Shown here: positions 25,695 to 39,217 of the stretch, piece after piece | Layout: each line of letters starts with the position of its first letter | How positions within the stretch are numbered: position 1 is the stretch's first letter | Assembly (NCBI RefSeq): GCF_035084215.1 | Contig: NC_090329.1 | Location: forward strand, 100,378,001 to 100,442,000 | From: Heptranchias perlo | Lineage: Eukaryota | Length of the DNA stretch: 64,000 nucleotides | Reading direction: 5' to 3' | Position numbers and translations under genes: made by a program | The notes under the pieces: generated by a model | What the model was told of the DNA's origin: nothing | What the model saw: the letters and a program-made list of their open reading frames with translations, nothing else | Database searches by the model: none

Positions 25695-26416
25695 AATGTG
25701 AACGTTGCTATTTTAAAGATGATCTCTACACCAGCTTCAATATGCTGAGAGATCAAATAAGAGAGAAGCAGCCTTGAGGCAAGGATTCACAGATCTCCTG
25801 GTTGCTGAAAAATCTTATCTCATGCAGACATGTTATGGGGAGTCCCAGGATCAGTGGAATGCATGCGGCTATCATGAAACAGGCAACTGGCTCTTAAGGC
25901 AACATAACACCCAGTCCATCAAACATCTATTCCTGTGCAAGGGACAGTAGAGGTGCTGGTTGATAGGCAGGATCAGACAGCCAACAGAATGTAGCTAACT
26001 CACATGTCAGGCTCCTGCAATGCATACCACAAGCATAGCCATGCCCACCAGAAACATAACGGGCTGTCAGTGAAACCCTGCAACCAGCCAGCACACGCCA
26101 AGAAAGAAAGCACTTGGAAAAACTGTTAAACACACACACACATGCAATCCACCAGCACAAAGGGAAACAACTTTGCAAAACACACTAACCACACAATTAA
26201 TGCAAAACACAATTTGCTTGATTTCATTCCTGTGAAGTGCCTTTGGACGTTTTACTACACTAAAGGCGCTACACAGGAGTGAAAGTAGTTGTTGTTGTGG
26301 TTGAATATTATACTGAGTATTTAATGACACTGGTTAGAATAAATCTGGAGCCAAGCCAAAGAGAGGACTGGATGGCATTTGAGGACATGTGCAGGAAAGT
26401 GTAGGAACAGGCGGAT

Positions 26417-26852
26417 TTACATAGATTTACATAGAATGTACAGCACAGAAACAAGCCATTCAGCCCTACAGGTCCAGGCCGGTGTTTATGCTCCCCACAA
26501 GCCTTCTCCCTCCCTTCTTTATCTAACCCCATCAACATATCCTTCTATTCCTTTCTCCCTCATGTGTTTATCTAGCTTCCCCTTAAATGCATCTATGCTC
26601 GTCACTTCAACTACTTCTTGTGACAGCAAGTTCCACATTCTGACCACTCTCTGGTAAAGAAGTTTCTCCTGAATTCCTCATTGGATTTATTAGTGACTAT
26701 CTTATACTTATAGCCCCTAGTTCTGGTCTCCCCCGCAAGTGGAAACATCTTCTTCACGTCTACCCTATCAAACCCTTTCATAATCTTAAAGACTTCTTTC
26801 AGGTTACCCCTCAGTCTTTGCTTTTCTAGAGAAAAGAGCCCCAACCTGTTCA
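26417..26852 (-). mobile_element. CR1 LINE 3' fragment
   Basis: ORF 26611-26853 encodes RLGLFSLEKQRLRG...RRNFFT, and the tail is (tctatgtaaa)n. Confidence 0.88.
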
Positions 26853-27499
26853 ATCTTTTGAACAGGTTAATCTGCAGCTGTGGTTTGCAGCTTTAAGAAA
26901 TGGGGCAGCTCTGGCACTTATTGAAAGACATCTTAAATACATTGCAAACCGATTAACTGAATAATGATTTTGCCACATAATTTTATTAAATTCTTTTATC
27001 CATGTTAACTTTTTGTACCAGGCTTGGCAAGAGATTAACAATGGAATGCAAATTGGATTGCAATTGCAGTCACACAGTTGTTATGAAAATACATTCTACA
27101 CATTACAGTGTAGCAAAACAAATCTTTTAAAAAGGGGTACTTAAAAACAGATTAATCACATCTAGCAATACCACGCAGTATTTAACAGTGAATCATTTTT
27201 TAAAAAAACAGTTCATCAATAAACTCCTGGCTTTTAGCTAGAAAACACCAACCTGACTGTATCCTCTAGCTGGTAGAAGCCTGAGCATTAGCACCTGATG
27301 AGGCGGTTTTCACACCTAAACAAAAGTGCTTGCCACATTGATTAGCGAAAGTGCAAGGCCCTAGCACCTGATGAATGAAAACGATTCTAAAATATCACTG
27401 AATTGGTTACTAGATGATTTTCACACCTAGACAACACTTGTAAAAAGGGCTTTACACATGGATTTAGCAAGGCAGTACAACGCTTGAAAGAATAAAATC

Positions 27500-27636
27500 T
27501 GAAATACTGCGGATGCTGGAAATCTGGCATCAAAACAGAAAATGCTGGAAATACTCAGCAAGTCAGGCAGCATCTGTGGAGAAAGAAACAGAGTTTACGG
27601 TTCAGTTCTGACGAAAGGTCATCGACCTGAAACATT
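27500..27636. mobile_element. head-to-head (inverted) fragment of the Penelope-derived hammerhead element
   Basis: 27500-27603 is the element body in minus orientation. It is immediately followed by plus-strand AGTT-CTGACGA-A-AGGTCatcGACCT-GAAACATT (27604-27636). Confidence 0.7.
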
Positions 27637-28985
27637 GGGCCCGATATTAGGAGGGCGGCAGGTTCGCAGCGGGGGGTCGACTGGGCGTATGGGTAACGTG
27701 CCCAGTGAAATCGGGGTGCTCTGCACGGAATCGCAGGCTAATTGGAGCCACTTACCAGGTCTTCGGGTCCCCCGCTGGTAAGCTGCGCGGCGGGTGGACT
27801 GCGCATGCGCAGCATAGGCTGTCAGCTGGAGGAGCCCTATTTAAAGGAGCAGTCCTCCACTGACTGATGCTGCAGAAAATAGGAAAAATTACAGCATGGA
27901 GCAGCCCAGGGGGAAGACTGCTCCCAGGTTTAATGATGCCTCATTCCAGGTATTATTGAATGGGGTGAGGAGGAGGAGGACAGAGATCTTCCCCCCGGCG
28001 GGCGGGAGGAAGTGGCCTGCCTCTGCCACCAAGAAGGCCTAGCCCGAGGTGGCAGAGGGGGTCACCTGCACCAACATATCGCGCACCTGCACACAGTGCA
28101 GGAGGCGCTTCAATGACCTAAGTAGGTCAGCCAAAGTGAGTACACTTACTCATTCCCCTACACTCCGTCTGCCACATCACCGGCCCCCACCCCACATCTC
28201 CTTCTGCACTGCCAACACTACTCTGTCACATCACCCCTCACACCCACTCAAAGCTCAACCTCATCTTACCTGCACTTACTCACCTCGCCAGTACTCATCC
28301 CACCACTACCACTCAACCCAATCCTCATACAATCTCATGGCTCTATCTCATACATCTCTTTCACGGTCAGCCTCACTCAACCTGCCACTACCTGTGCTGC
28401 AGCCACAGGGCATACATCACATATGTGCAGTAGGAAGTGTAAGGCAAACGTGTCAGCATGAAGGGGATGTACAAGGGTGTTTGAGGGTTTGTCATGGTTT
28501 TTACTTATATTTGATTTCTGACCAACTCACATTACATATTATATTGTCACCACTACTGCCACATCTTTGCAAATCTTGTCTGGTTTGTGCAATAATGCCC
28601 TTTCCTGAGGATCACTATGAAGACCCACAACTGATGCCACCCATTGTGTCACTGCAGAGTGGGTGTCGGTGTATTTGCAGGGCTCTTTTGTGCAGACGAC
28701 TGAGAGACGTCGGCGATGTCCCCGTTCGCACCCTGGAAGGATGCAGAGGAGAAGTTGTTGAGGGCAGTGGTGACTTTGACAGCGATAGGTAAGAAGATGG
28801 TGCTCGGGCCAGCCGGGAGTAGCTCAGCAGGAAGGAGGCTGGGATTAACCCAGGAGTGCTGGGGTTAATTGTAATGTCCTACATGTCGAGTGACTCTGAG
28901 CCTCCGTGTGCACTGCTGCTCAGAGAGGTCCAGGAAGCTGAGCCTCAGTCTGTAGACCCTGTGGCAAAGGTAGCCTTCGTCTCCC
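27637..28985 (+). mobile_element. internally deleted, one-ended Harbinger derivative
   Basis: Begins GGGCCCGATATTA, the same terminus as 58088. It carries Myb exon 1 (MEQPRGKTAPRFNDAS...CRRRFNDL), then jumps to the intergenic segment and the transposase 5' part. Confidence 0.85.
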
Positions 28986-31029
28986 TAGTGCCACCCTTCC
29001 ACTCTATATTAAGATAAACGTGGTCTTAAAATAAAGGTATCTTGAGGGCTCTTGGGGAGACTTGAATTCATTGATGTTATTCTGTGTTAGTGGTCACATA
29101 CCAGTTAGAGATCAAAAGAACGGAAACTCTTTTGGTATATATGGGGCACAGCATTGTGCACATGCATTCCACTGGCAATATGGGTGCAATCAATGACCCC
29201 TGACTTCTGGAAAAGTCAGTAGCTCTGCAGAATTATCCAGTCCTATCACATTGCTGCTATTGGTCGGTTGTTTAAATTGCCAGTGAGTGCAGTGCAGTAA
29301 ACTGTTTAAATGTTCTGAAGGTAGTCGATGCGGCAGGTGCTAAATGTCTAGCATAGCCTGTGCTCCTGGACAGCCCTCTCCCACCATCACTGAACCATTT
29401 AATTGCAGTGAAATCTTTCTTGAACAGCTAGGTCCTGAAGCGCTGTGGAAATTCTCCCAATCTCTCGCCGTGACATCATTTCCACTGGGAAATGGCGTAA
29501 ATATCTGAAAATGGCCATTCGCACCATTTGTCTGGGGGTTCTGCTGGTCTCTTGCCAAAATTACAGCAGGAAACTGGAAGATACCCATGGAACTTCAGGA
29601 GTTTGGCTGCTTCTCCAATGCCCATAAACATGTACTTTCCAGCAGGGTCATTAGATGGCAATTAGGAGCAGGAACCCTGGCTGATTTTTCCTCTTCCAAA
29701 CCCAGGAGTGCTGGGGTTAATTGTAATGTCCTAGCTGCTGCCCCTAAATGAGATCAGCTAACTTAGCACAGACTGAAAGAAAGAAAGACTTGCATTTACA
29801 TAGCACCTTTCATGAACTCAGGACGTCCCAAAACGTTTTGCAGCTTTTGAAGTATAGTCACTGTTGTAATGTAGGAAACGCTATATCATTAGATTGGGAA
29901 TTGAAACTGGAACCATCCAGTCTGTATGGCTTAGTTGTCAGAAGCACCCAAGATAGCAGTGCCACTGGAATAAAATACATATGATTTGAGCCTTTTCCCT
30001 CCATTCAGTTTACCTGTGTTTCAAGCTTTCCATTAGCCTTAAGATTCAACTAAAGCCAATGAGACAACAACACTGTTGTTCTGTATATCTGGCATAAATA
30101 TACTTTGCTGTATTTCATTAACCAGATATGAATGGCTGTTTTTCAGTAAAGGACTTTTAAATACTAGCACTTTTTCCAAACAATTTCTGATTTAAATAGT
30201 AACTACCATCATATATTTTATAAATGATGCTTTTTGACTATAATTGGGGTGCCAGATAGAGTGAAAACAGACAGCTACAGGATCAGGACAAATAATACAA
30301 GATCTATTTTCAGTCGTTTTTATCAACAGAAAAATTTAAGTGTTCCCAGGGTTAGTAGAAATGCAGTCGGTTAAATGCTGAGCACTTTCCAAAACGTCAG
30401 TATGTTGTTGCTTCCACATACAAATAAAGGGCACAAGATGCAAGATCCAAGAGCACTGAAAGAACATAACAACATCAAAAGTTTCAATATTAGCAATAAA
30501 GTAATTTCACGATCATTTCAAACATCTCAGCCTGATATGAACAGTTAAAATTTTACCAAAGCAGACCTCATTCTACGTTCACAATTACCTGCTGTATTTC
30601 ATTGGAACTGCTATCTTGGGTGCAAATTAAAGACCTTAATGACCATGCAACTTGCTGAACCAATTGGTACCTGGAGAGGCTAAATATATTACAGAATATT
30701 TTACTGCACTCTTCTGTAAGAATTTCTTTTTTCATTGCAGCCATATATGTATTATGTTAATGTCAATTTGCTTTGGTTAAATATTCTTTCTGAACATCCA
30801 TCTGCACACCCATCCCCAGAATCTCATGCTTGCAGATTTTTATAAACAAGCAGTACAATCAATTCACCTGGCTCGGCAGCTATTAGACATTTAGAAGCCC
30901 AGCTGGTTTGATGGGGGGGAGATCTCGAGTATCGATTCAGGATGTTTCCGATATCAATCCAAACCCGTGGCAATTTATCGGCAACAGGTTTAGTTAATCA
31001 TTTTTATTATAATGTTCTGGTGCAAACAG

Positions 31030-31300
31030 CGATCCTTTGACCCGCTGAAGGAATGTTTGCTTTTGCTGTCCTGGACTGGTTTCACTCACATAAGGGGGTC
31101 AAAGAGGAAATGTCCAGAGTTTTTTTCCCTTATTGGCCCTGGGCTTTTTTTCCCGTTTTTTTGCCTCTCCCAGGAGATTACATGGCTGCAGGTGAGGGGG
31201 GTGGGGGGAAGTGTCTAGTCATGATTGCTCCAGCCATTGTGAGTGTGAGGCAGGCTTCATGGACCAGCTGGTCTTTTCCTGCCCGTCATTGTCGTACGTT
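31030..31300 (+). mobile_element. LINE (CR1-like) 3' UTR fragment
   Basis: Similar to 50215-50515 and to the minus-strand tail at 39225-39480, which adjoins decayed CR1 coding sequence. Confidence 0.6.
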
Positions 31301-31301
31301 C

Positions 31302-31668
31302 AGACTAGACAGACTAGATGCAGGGAGGATGTTCCCGATGGTTGGGGGGTCCAGAACCAGGGGTCACAGTCTCAGGATATGGGGTATGCCATTTAGAACC
31401 GAGATGAGGAGAAATTTCTTCACTCAGAGGGTGGTGAACCTGTGGAATTCTCCACCACAGAAGGCAGTGGAGGCCAAGTCATTCGATGTATTCAAGAAGG
31501 AGATAGGTATATTTCTTAATGATAAAGGGATCAAGGGATATGAGGAAAAAACGGGAACAGGGTACTGAGTTAGACGATCAGCCATGATCATTTTGAATGG
31601 CGGAGCAGGCCCAAAGGGCCGAATGACCTACTCTTGTTCCTATTTTCTATGTTTCTATGTTTCTCTAT
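31302..31668 (+). mobile_element. CR1 LINE 3' fragment
   Basis: Encodes LDRLDAGRMFP...SRTRGHSLR...FFTQRVVNLWNS, with a (tttctatg)n tail. Confidence 0.9.
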
Positions 31669-32624
31669 TCGTATGTATGAGGTAGCCAGACGTAAACATG
31701 CTGTGGTAGGAGATCATTTCCATGAATTGCCGTATGAAATATTACCGCATTCATCAAAAATAAAAAATACCGGAAAATACAAACATCTCCACTTCACTGC
31801 AAGGTCTGCATTAGAGCAAGTTTGAGAACCATATATGGATTTTAGCCACAATTATTTAAGGCATGCTGTTTTGATTGAAAAGAAACCTCCTTCCAGCTAT
31901 AAGGAGCAGTGATGATCAAAGCTGGCCTTGCATTATTTTAGCCTGGTGAGTGCATCGTTCATAATCTTTTAGCAATCTAAAATAATAAAAATGTCATGGT
32001 ATATTGATAGTCTTGATAACGAGTGAGAATGATAAGATGACCTTAACACAAAAATGTAGTGTAGAAATGGCACTATTCAGGGGTTAGCTGTGGGTTACTG
32101 AAAGGTTTTGAAAGTAAAAAAAAATCTAGTGGTTGACATATGATTTTTCTTTGCCATTTGCAATGTGTGGGCTTAAATGTAGGTTATATTTTCTGCAAAG
32201 TGGGCCAGTCAATGAAAAGGGAAAAGAACTTATCCTCTCTCTAAGCTGCGAACTGCAATTAGGTGGTTTCTAAGCACTAGAAATAGCACTGGGAAGGCAA
32301 AACCATGTGTTTACTGAGCAAAATTGTTGTAGTACGGAGCATCGTAGAGTGATGGAAGGCTAGGTTACTGACCAGGCACTTTAAGACGAATGGTCATGTC
32401 CGCTACTCCCAGAAGCACCTGGTGCATCAGACGTGGAAGGTGGTCGTAAAAAGCAGGCAGCACCAGTCAGCCGCCACAGGCCTGGATATGGCTGACCTGC
32501 ATGCCTGGCCCTCACAATGCAATGCCCTAGGGGGTCTAAGACCACCATAATCCCAGTAAGCTGTAAGTGAAACCCTGCAGCCGGCCAGCATATCTACTTC
32601 TTCCATGAAGATGAGGAAGAGGAG

Positions 32625-32800
32625 AAGAATTTTTTTACACAGCGAGTTGTTAAGATCTGGAATGCACTGCCTGAAACAGTGGACGTAGATTCAATATTAA
32701 CTTTCAAAAGAGAGTGGGACTAATTGGATAGTTCTTTCAAAGAGCCAGCACGGGCACAATGGACCGAATGATCTCCTTCTGTGCTGTATGATTCTATGAG
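32625..32800 (+). mobile_element. short CR1 3' fragment
   Basis: Encodes NFFTQRVVKIWNALP and ends in atgattctatg. Confidence 0.75.
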
Positions 32801-32889
32801 GGAATAATTTAGAAGAAGTAGCAGGTTTACTCAATAGTGGTCACACTCAACCTACCAGTACAGATACCTTTAAAAAATATAGTGACACC

Positions 32890-33210
32890 TGATGCACTAC
32901 AGTTGGTGCACATGGTTTGTCCATTGTCCTAGAAGGACAAGGGCAGCAGGCACATGGGAACAACACCACCTGCACGTTCCCCTTCAAGTCACACTCCATC
33001 CCGACTTGGAAATATATCGCCGTTCCTTCATCGTCGCTGGGTCAAAATCCTGGAACTCCCTACCTAACAGCACTGTGGGAGAACCTTCACCACACGGACT
33101 GCAGCGGTTCAAGAAGGCGGCTCACCACCATCTTCTCAAGGACAATTAGGGATGGGCAATAAATGCTGGCCTTGCCAGCGATGCCCACATCCCATGAACA
33201 AATTTAAAAA
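32890..33210 (+). mobile_element. 3' fragment of the second CR1/L2-group LINE family
   Basis: Encodes RRTRAAG...FIVAGSKSWNSLPNSTV and matches 44718-45254. Confidence 0.8.
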
Positions 33211-36200
33211 ATGTATTTATGATTGCACAGAAAAATGCAGCACCACAGCAAAAGATGGGCATTTGTTTTGAAAATTCTTCAGGCGATTTTCTTCAGTAAT
33301 TATAGGTTCTTACGAAGGTTAATTGATCCGTTACAGACTTTTTCATTGTAGGTACACACCTCTGTGAAGACAGCATATGGAAAAACTGCATCTTCTGGAT
33401 CATAGGGAGCAAGTCTAATTTAAACTATTGAATAATTTAGAATGAAAATGTTATTTAAAAAAACAAAATTTGTAACAAGTTCATCAAGATGATGAACTGC
33501 CCATTAAATTTGGGCACACAGCTAAGAAATTCCAGCTTTGGATCCAAGATCTAAAATTGGGAGCTTCTAATTGATTATGCTCAAGTCCTATGCATTATAT
33601 TGTAAAATTAGCACAGGTAAAGGTAAGTGACTCAGAGATGTGTTACAACACCTGTCGAACATATGTCAGTCTGAACAAATAATACAGGACTGAATCTGGA
33701 GCTGGAAAAGGTCCAAAAGGTGTTGGCTCCCGTCCTGCAAGCTCATTTTACTCAACTCCCCCACAACCTTTATTTTTAGTTTTTTAATGTTTAAAGAATT
33801 AATACCCTACAGCTTTTTGTTTTCAAAATTCCTGGCAGTAAACAAGAATCCTGTTCTAAACTGTTCCACACCCACCAGCGGACATGAGATTTCACATTGT
33901 CAGATTTGTTCAGTTGATGCCACTGCTGGATGTTGAGTGCAAGCATCTCCAAGCAGATCAATAGAACTCCCTAAGGTCGGCGCGGACACGATGGGCCGAA
34001 GGGCCTCTATCCGTGCTGTATAACTCTATGACTATGACTCTGCTTTGGTTCTCTGGGCCAGAAAAATTGTTTTGGCAAATTCTGGTGGATTGTACTAAGA
34101 CCTGCTAAATTTCTCTCTCTCTGCTGTTCAGTTAGTAGGACACTTCTTCTTTCCCATACCTCCTTATCATTCAAAAATTCTGTGGCCAAGAAATTGGACC
34201 TCATTTCACCAGTCGAAAAACTGAGTTTGGAGAGACTAATTCTGGTAGTACTCTGGTTTACTGGGGAAAGAGGATAGCATTGTATTGGTACTGTAATGCA
34301 CCATCTTATCTATATAATTAAAACTGTCTGGCATGCATCTGATTTATCCAGAGTATAGGAAAGTATCCAACATGTAGTTAGACCATTGGAAAGTGTCCCT
34401 AGGGTGTGGGAAATGATCCAACCTGTCCATGTGGTGCAGGAAAGTGTTTGAGATTGGTCACAAAACACGCTGAAAGCTTCCAATTGCACATTCATTCAAA
34501 TGCAGCCGATCAGAAAATACTTAACCATCACAAACTAAATGACTCATAAAAAAAGAAACCAATCAAATCCTTCAAATGTATGAGAAAGCCTTTGGACACC
34601 ACAACAGTTTTCCTTCTCAATCTGTTCTTATTCTCCTCTGCCTGCTATTTCAACATGGAAATGTTGATTTCCTGCCTTCCTAAGTCTATCCTGGCCCTTA
34701 CTCTTCATTTTTCTTCAGGGGCCTTCTTACCAGCCTCATTTTTACATGTTGCTCCTTATCAGAGACTGCATAGCTGACTTAGCCATTCTTCCATGGTGTT
34801 TTCACAGCCATTTGTGCATGCCTGATCTTTCTGTGCAGTGTGCATGCACAACTGTTGTGGTCCAGTGACATTGCACATGTGCACAGCAAGAAAAAAATCT
34901 TCAATGCCCTCCAGTGTCACTTTTTACTCCTCAGTGACATAATTGGCACTCCCAACAATATGCTTGAAGGTGCAATCGACAGGAAGCTAACCAGGTCATG
35001 GTGTATAAACAGACCCAGCAAAGCTGAATAAAGAAAAGCAAAAAGGTGGAGGAGAAATACAGGAATAGAAGTGAGATAGGAAGAATTCAAAGAACAAAGA
35101 TTTAAAGATTTTAAAAGAATTATAGGAAAAAGAATACTGGAATGAGAAAGAAGTGAGAAATAAAGTATTGAGAATACAGAATCGACATTCAGCAAATATT
35201 TCACGAAAGGGAAACGAGAGCATGATGCAATGATAAGAGTAGAAAGCCATAGACTGGGAAGACAAATAAAGGCTGCAATTGTACTGCCACTTTCACAACA
35301 TGCAAAATTGTTTGGGAGTGCGTTAATGAGAAACTGCCAATATGACTGGCACCACCAAAACCTTCCCATTGTGACTCCGAAACTCACTAAAACTACAAGC
35401 AGTGTGAGTCCTCTTCCAGGCATCGTTCTCACACTGCTTGAACTGGTAATGGATGGAGTATAACTCCTGTCTGTGACTGTAGTGTCTGTCATTGATCATC
35501 CATCAATATTCTGCTTTGAAAATTGATCAGTTTTCTTTTTCCTCACTGGTTAAGTGAATTTTCTTCTCCTTCATGGGTCACAACTCCAAAAACTACTAAG
35601 GGGAGCACTGTTCCCGTGGTTTCTTTGCCTTTACCAGGAGATTGTGTGACTGCGGGCGGGATATGTGGATGTGCCATGTCAGATGGGGCTTGATGAACTA
35701 GATGGCCTTTTCCCATCCTTCTTTTCATACTTTGGTGGAGGGGGGAGATTGCTCCAGAGCAGGAACAGGAGTTCCAGGACCTCAGAGGAGAGCTACAATA
35801 AAAATGAAAATGTTCACTTGGGCTTTGAACTACCTGCAAGCTATTCCATAGGAAATCTATCATATTATATTGGAATACACTGTGTACCACAAAGTGTAAC
35901 ACCAAAACCTTCAACTCACCATGAGCAATACCAGGGAGATCAACTGGACTGAAATAATTACAAATATAATTACAAGTATAAATATATTTACACTGCATCA
36001 GAAAAGAGAAAGATGCTTTAATGTTTTGGCTTTCTGTGCGTTTCCAGGATTCTCTGTTTTCAGTTCAGTTTTTTTTTGGAAATGAAATAACCTGTATTTC
36101 TTCATAATGGAAAACAAGAAAGGGCTTATTATAGTCAACACAGAAACAAAACAATATACATACATCCAAGTAATGAAATTCATTTTCTCTAAACTAGATT

Positions 36201-37250
36201 TATGAGGATACAAATTTGGTACAATAATATATTAAGTAAGATAGAAATCAGACACCACCTTGGGAAAGACATTTGGGTCAGCTATTAAAACCACATTATT
36301 CACCACTACAGCATAAAAGGTTTGTCAATGACATGAGCTTAAAGCTCACTTACACTATGAAAGTTCTCTTGTCTGATAGAAATCTTAAGTCATAAGTTTC
36401 ACTGATTCAAAAATGACAGCTCAACTGTTTTGGATGGAGCTCTTCCCAAAAATAGTGAAAACACTCATAAAGATCAGTCTGGGCATTCTGGAAGATACCA
36501 TTCTGTTCACAGATTCACAGTGTATCTCCTAAACAGTGCTTTTTAGCCTAGTGGTGAACCCCTAATTAGACATCACAGATGGAATTAAACAGTTCATCAC
36601 AAGGTTATACTTACTGTGCAAAATAATTGCCACCAATATGAACATATGAGAAAGGACAGGAAAAGACCTTTGACCCTGTCCAGCCTACATGATGCAAACT
36701 ATTCACATCATCAAAGGATCGTACTTCTAGTTTTATGTTCAATCAGCCTAGTAATACATCCTAACACTCTATTTGCTTTCACAACACTGGTCAAGGAACT
36801 TGAGGAGGGGACAACATCTTCACTTGGTGCCCTAGGGATCCACACCAACAAAATGTTTCATTTGGAGATGTCATGAGACACTGCCCGTGGATTTGGTTAA
36901 CAGTTGTTGTTGAGACTGAACTCCAGTCGCTCCCTCTCTCTCACAGAATATCGATTGACCAACTCAGGTCAGCCTCCCTTTAAACCAAGATTAAAGTCGG
37001 CCCCACCCTCTCCTGTAAATACCATTGTCACCCCCCCATACACGGACAAGATGGAAATAGCTAGGAGCAACAGGTGGACATCATTTGATCTCCGGCATCA
37101 GTTGTGCACCTGTTGCCGGGAGCAGGTATTCTGAGAGGGAACTGAAAAATGGATGAGCGACCCACTGGGCCTGCTGCGGCCTGTGCTGGACAAGCTGCAC
37201 ACCTGCCGACAGCCGGGACTGGGACCCCATGGCCTTTTTAAACTTCCAAT

Positions 37251-37788
37251 GCTCAATATCACCAAACCCACCGACACCATCACCACAGCTCGATATCACC
37301 AAACCCACCGACACCATCACCACAGCTCGATATCACCAAACCCACCGACACCATCACCACAGCTCGATATCACCAAACCCACCGACACCATCACCACAGC
37401 TCGATATCACCAAACCCACCGACACCATCACCACAGCTCGATATCACCAAACCCACCGACACCATCACCACAGCTCGATATCACCAAACCCACCGACATC
37501 ATCACCACAGCTCGATATCACCAAACCCACCAACATCATCACCACAGCTCGATATCACCAAACCCACCGACATCATCACCACAGCTCGATATCACCAAAC
37601 CCACCAACATCATCACCACAGCTCGATATCACCAAACCCACCAACATCATCACCACAGCTCGATATCACCAAACCCACCGACACCATCACCACAGCTCGA
37701 TATCACCAAACCCACCGACACCATCACCACAGCTCGATATCACCAAACCCACCGACACCATCACCACAGCTCGATATCACCAAACCCA
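37251..37788. repeat. 37-bp minisatellite, ~14.5 copies (GCTCGATATCACCAAACCCACCGACACCATCACCACA)
   Basis: The 37-bp period is directly visible, and units 7-11 carry C>T and G>A variants. Confidence 0.97.
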
Positions 37789-37829
37789 TGACTCATGAAC
37801 CATGACCCTCAGGCCCTTTACCTCAGCTA

Positions 37830-38310
37830 CCTTATGTCTACATGCCTAGAAAAGCCCTGGTCCAAAGGCATCACCCAAATGTCTATATTAAAAGACATCT
37901 GCTAGCCATGAACTCATTCCTCCATTGCATCCAAATCCGCCTAAAACCCATTTTTCTCATCTAAGATCCTAACACTCGTTCATATCTTCATATCATCCAC
38001 AAACTTGCAGATTGTTTCTCCAGTTTATTAACTGAGATGGCGACAAGCAATGGCCCTGTCACCGATCCCTGTGGGGCTCTGCGAGCAACTGCCCCCCGGC
38101 AGATCTGCCAGCATTAATAGCTACCCTCTGTCTGTGTGAATGCAACCAGTTCTTTATCCAACCTAACGTCTGCCTACCAAACTCACAACAAGCAACCTTG
38201 CTCAACAACATTTTGTGTGGTCCATTATCAAAGGCTTTCTGAAAATCCAAAAACACAATCTGAATTTCCCTCATCCATCAACTTCATAACCTCTTAAAAA
38301 AATTCAATCA
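37830..38310 (-). mobile_element. old CR1 RT fragment
   Basis: Encodes IVFLDFQKAFD..PH.MLL.K...WIKNWL...QRVAING and a KFVDD-like motif. Confidence 0.75.
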
Positions 38311-39217
38311 TTTAGTGATAAAATAAAATTTAAAACAGAATAAAGCTTAGAATTCACCAGTATTATAAAAAAAAATCCCTTCAGTGGTACCCAAGTTTAT
38401 GGAAGATTTGTCATGTTACTTCCATACATGGAGCAACAAGTTGTCTCCTGAGACACCAAGATGGAACCCACATGATCATGTGACACAACCAGCAATTTTC
38501 CAGGAGCAACTTTACCTTGTTTGTCTGGACACAAGGATCTGTATAATTTTAGAGTGAGGATTGGTGGGTTCTTTGTGAATTTGGCCAGAAAAACTCAATC
38601 TGTAATGTTCCCGGATCTAGAAAGAATGTCTCCAGACTGAGTCTTCATCAAACAATCCCCAAATATGGACAAGCATCTGTGCCTCGATCCTTTGTTGCAA
38701 CACAGAGAATCTTTTTGCCAACACTTCAAGCGCTGTTGCCCAACTAAAAAGGGAGAGCGCTGTACCGATACTGTACCACGTGCTGCCTACTGAATATTCT
38801 GGGCCTTGGTTATGGTGTAGACAAATGGGGATGAGGAAACATGCATTCTGCATTTCTGCAGAGGCTAGCTAGACATTGGGCTGTACAGCTTCAATTTTGT
38901 TCCTTACAGTGCTGGCTGCTAACTAATTGCTAACAGAGTCAGAGAATTATGATATAATCTTCAGGAAAATACATTCCTCTGGGCAAACTTACTGCAAAAT
39001 GATCCTTATTACAGAAGTATAAAAACACCAGTTCCCCTCTCTCAATTGTTTTGGTTTGGCATTGAATATTCCTAACAATACTTAAGTTATTTTAACTACC
39101 CCACATATGCTTGGATTAGATCTTTTTCATTTTTCAAATTTAGTGGAACAGAGTCCAATTGAAGACAACTGTAACACAAGGAGAAATAAAAACAGAAAAA
39201 GCTGGAACGCAAACATA

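Noticed and set aside
34917-35492. 191-aa hydrophobic minus-strand ORF as a membrane protein
   Set aside because: It is the antisense of an A/G-rich tract, and the plus strand shows traces of a decayed LINE RT (an NY..VSLL-like segment). I found no recognisable family or splice support.
37251-37788. CRISPR array, or a His/Pro-rich protein gene (ORFs 37153-37791 and 37229-37798)
   Set aside because: Units are contiguous with no unique spacers, there are no cas genes and the context is eukaryotic. The ORFs arise simply because the repeat unit lacks stop codons.
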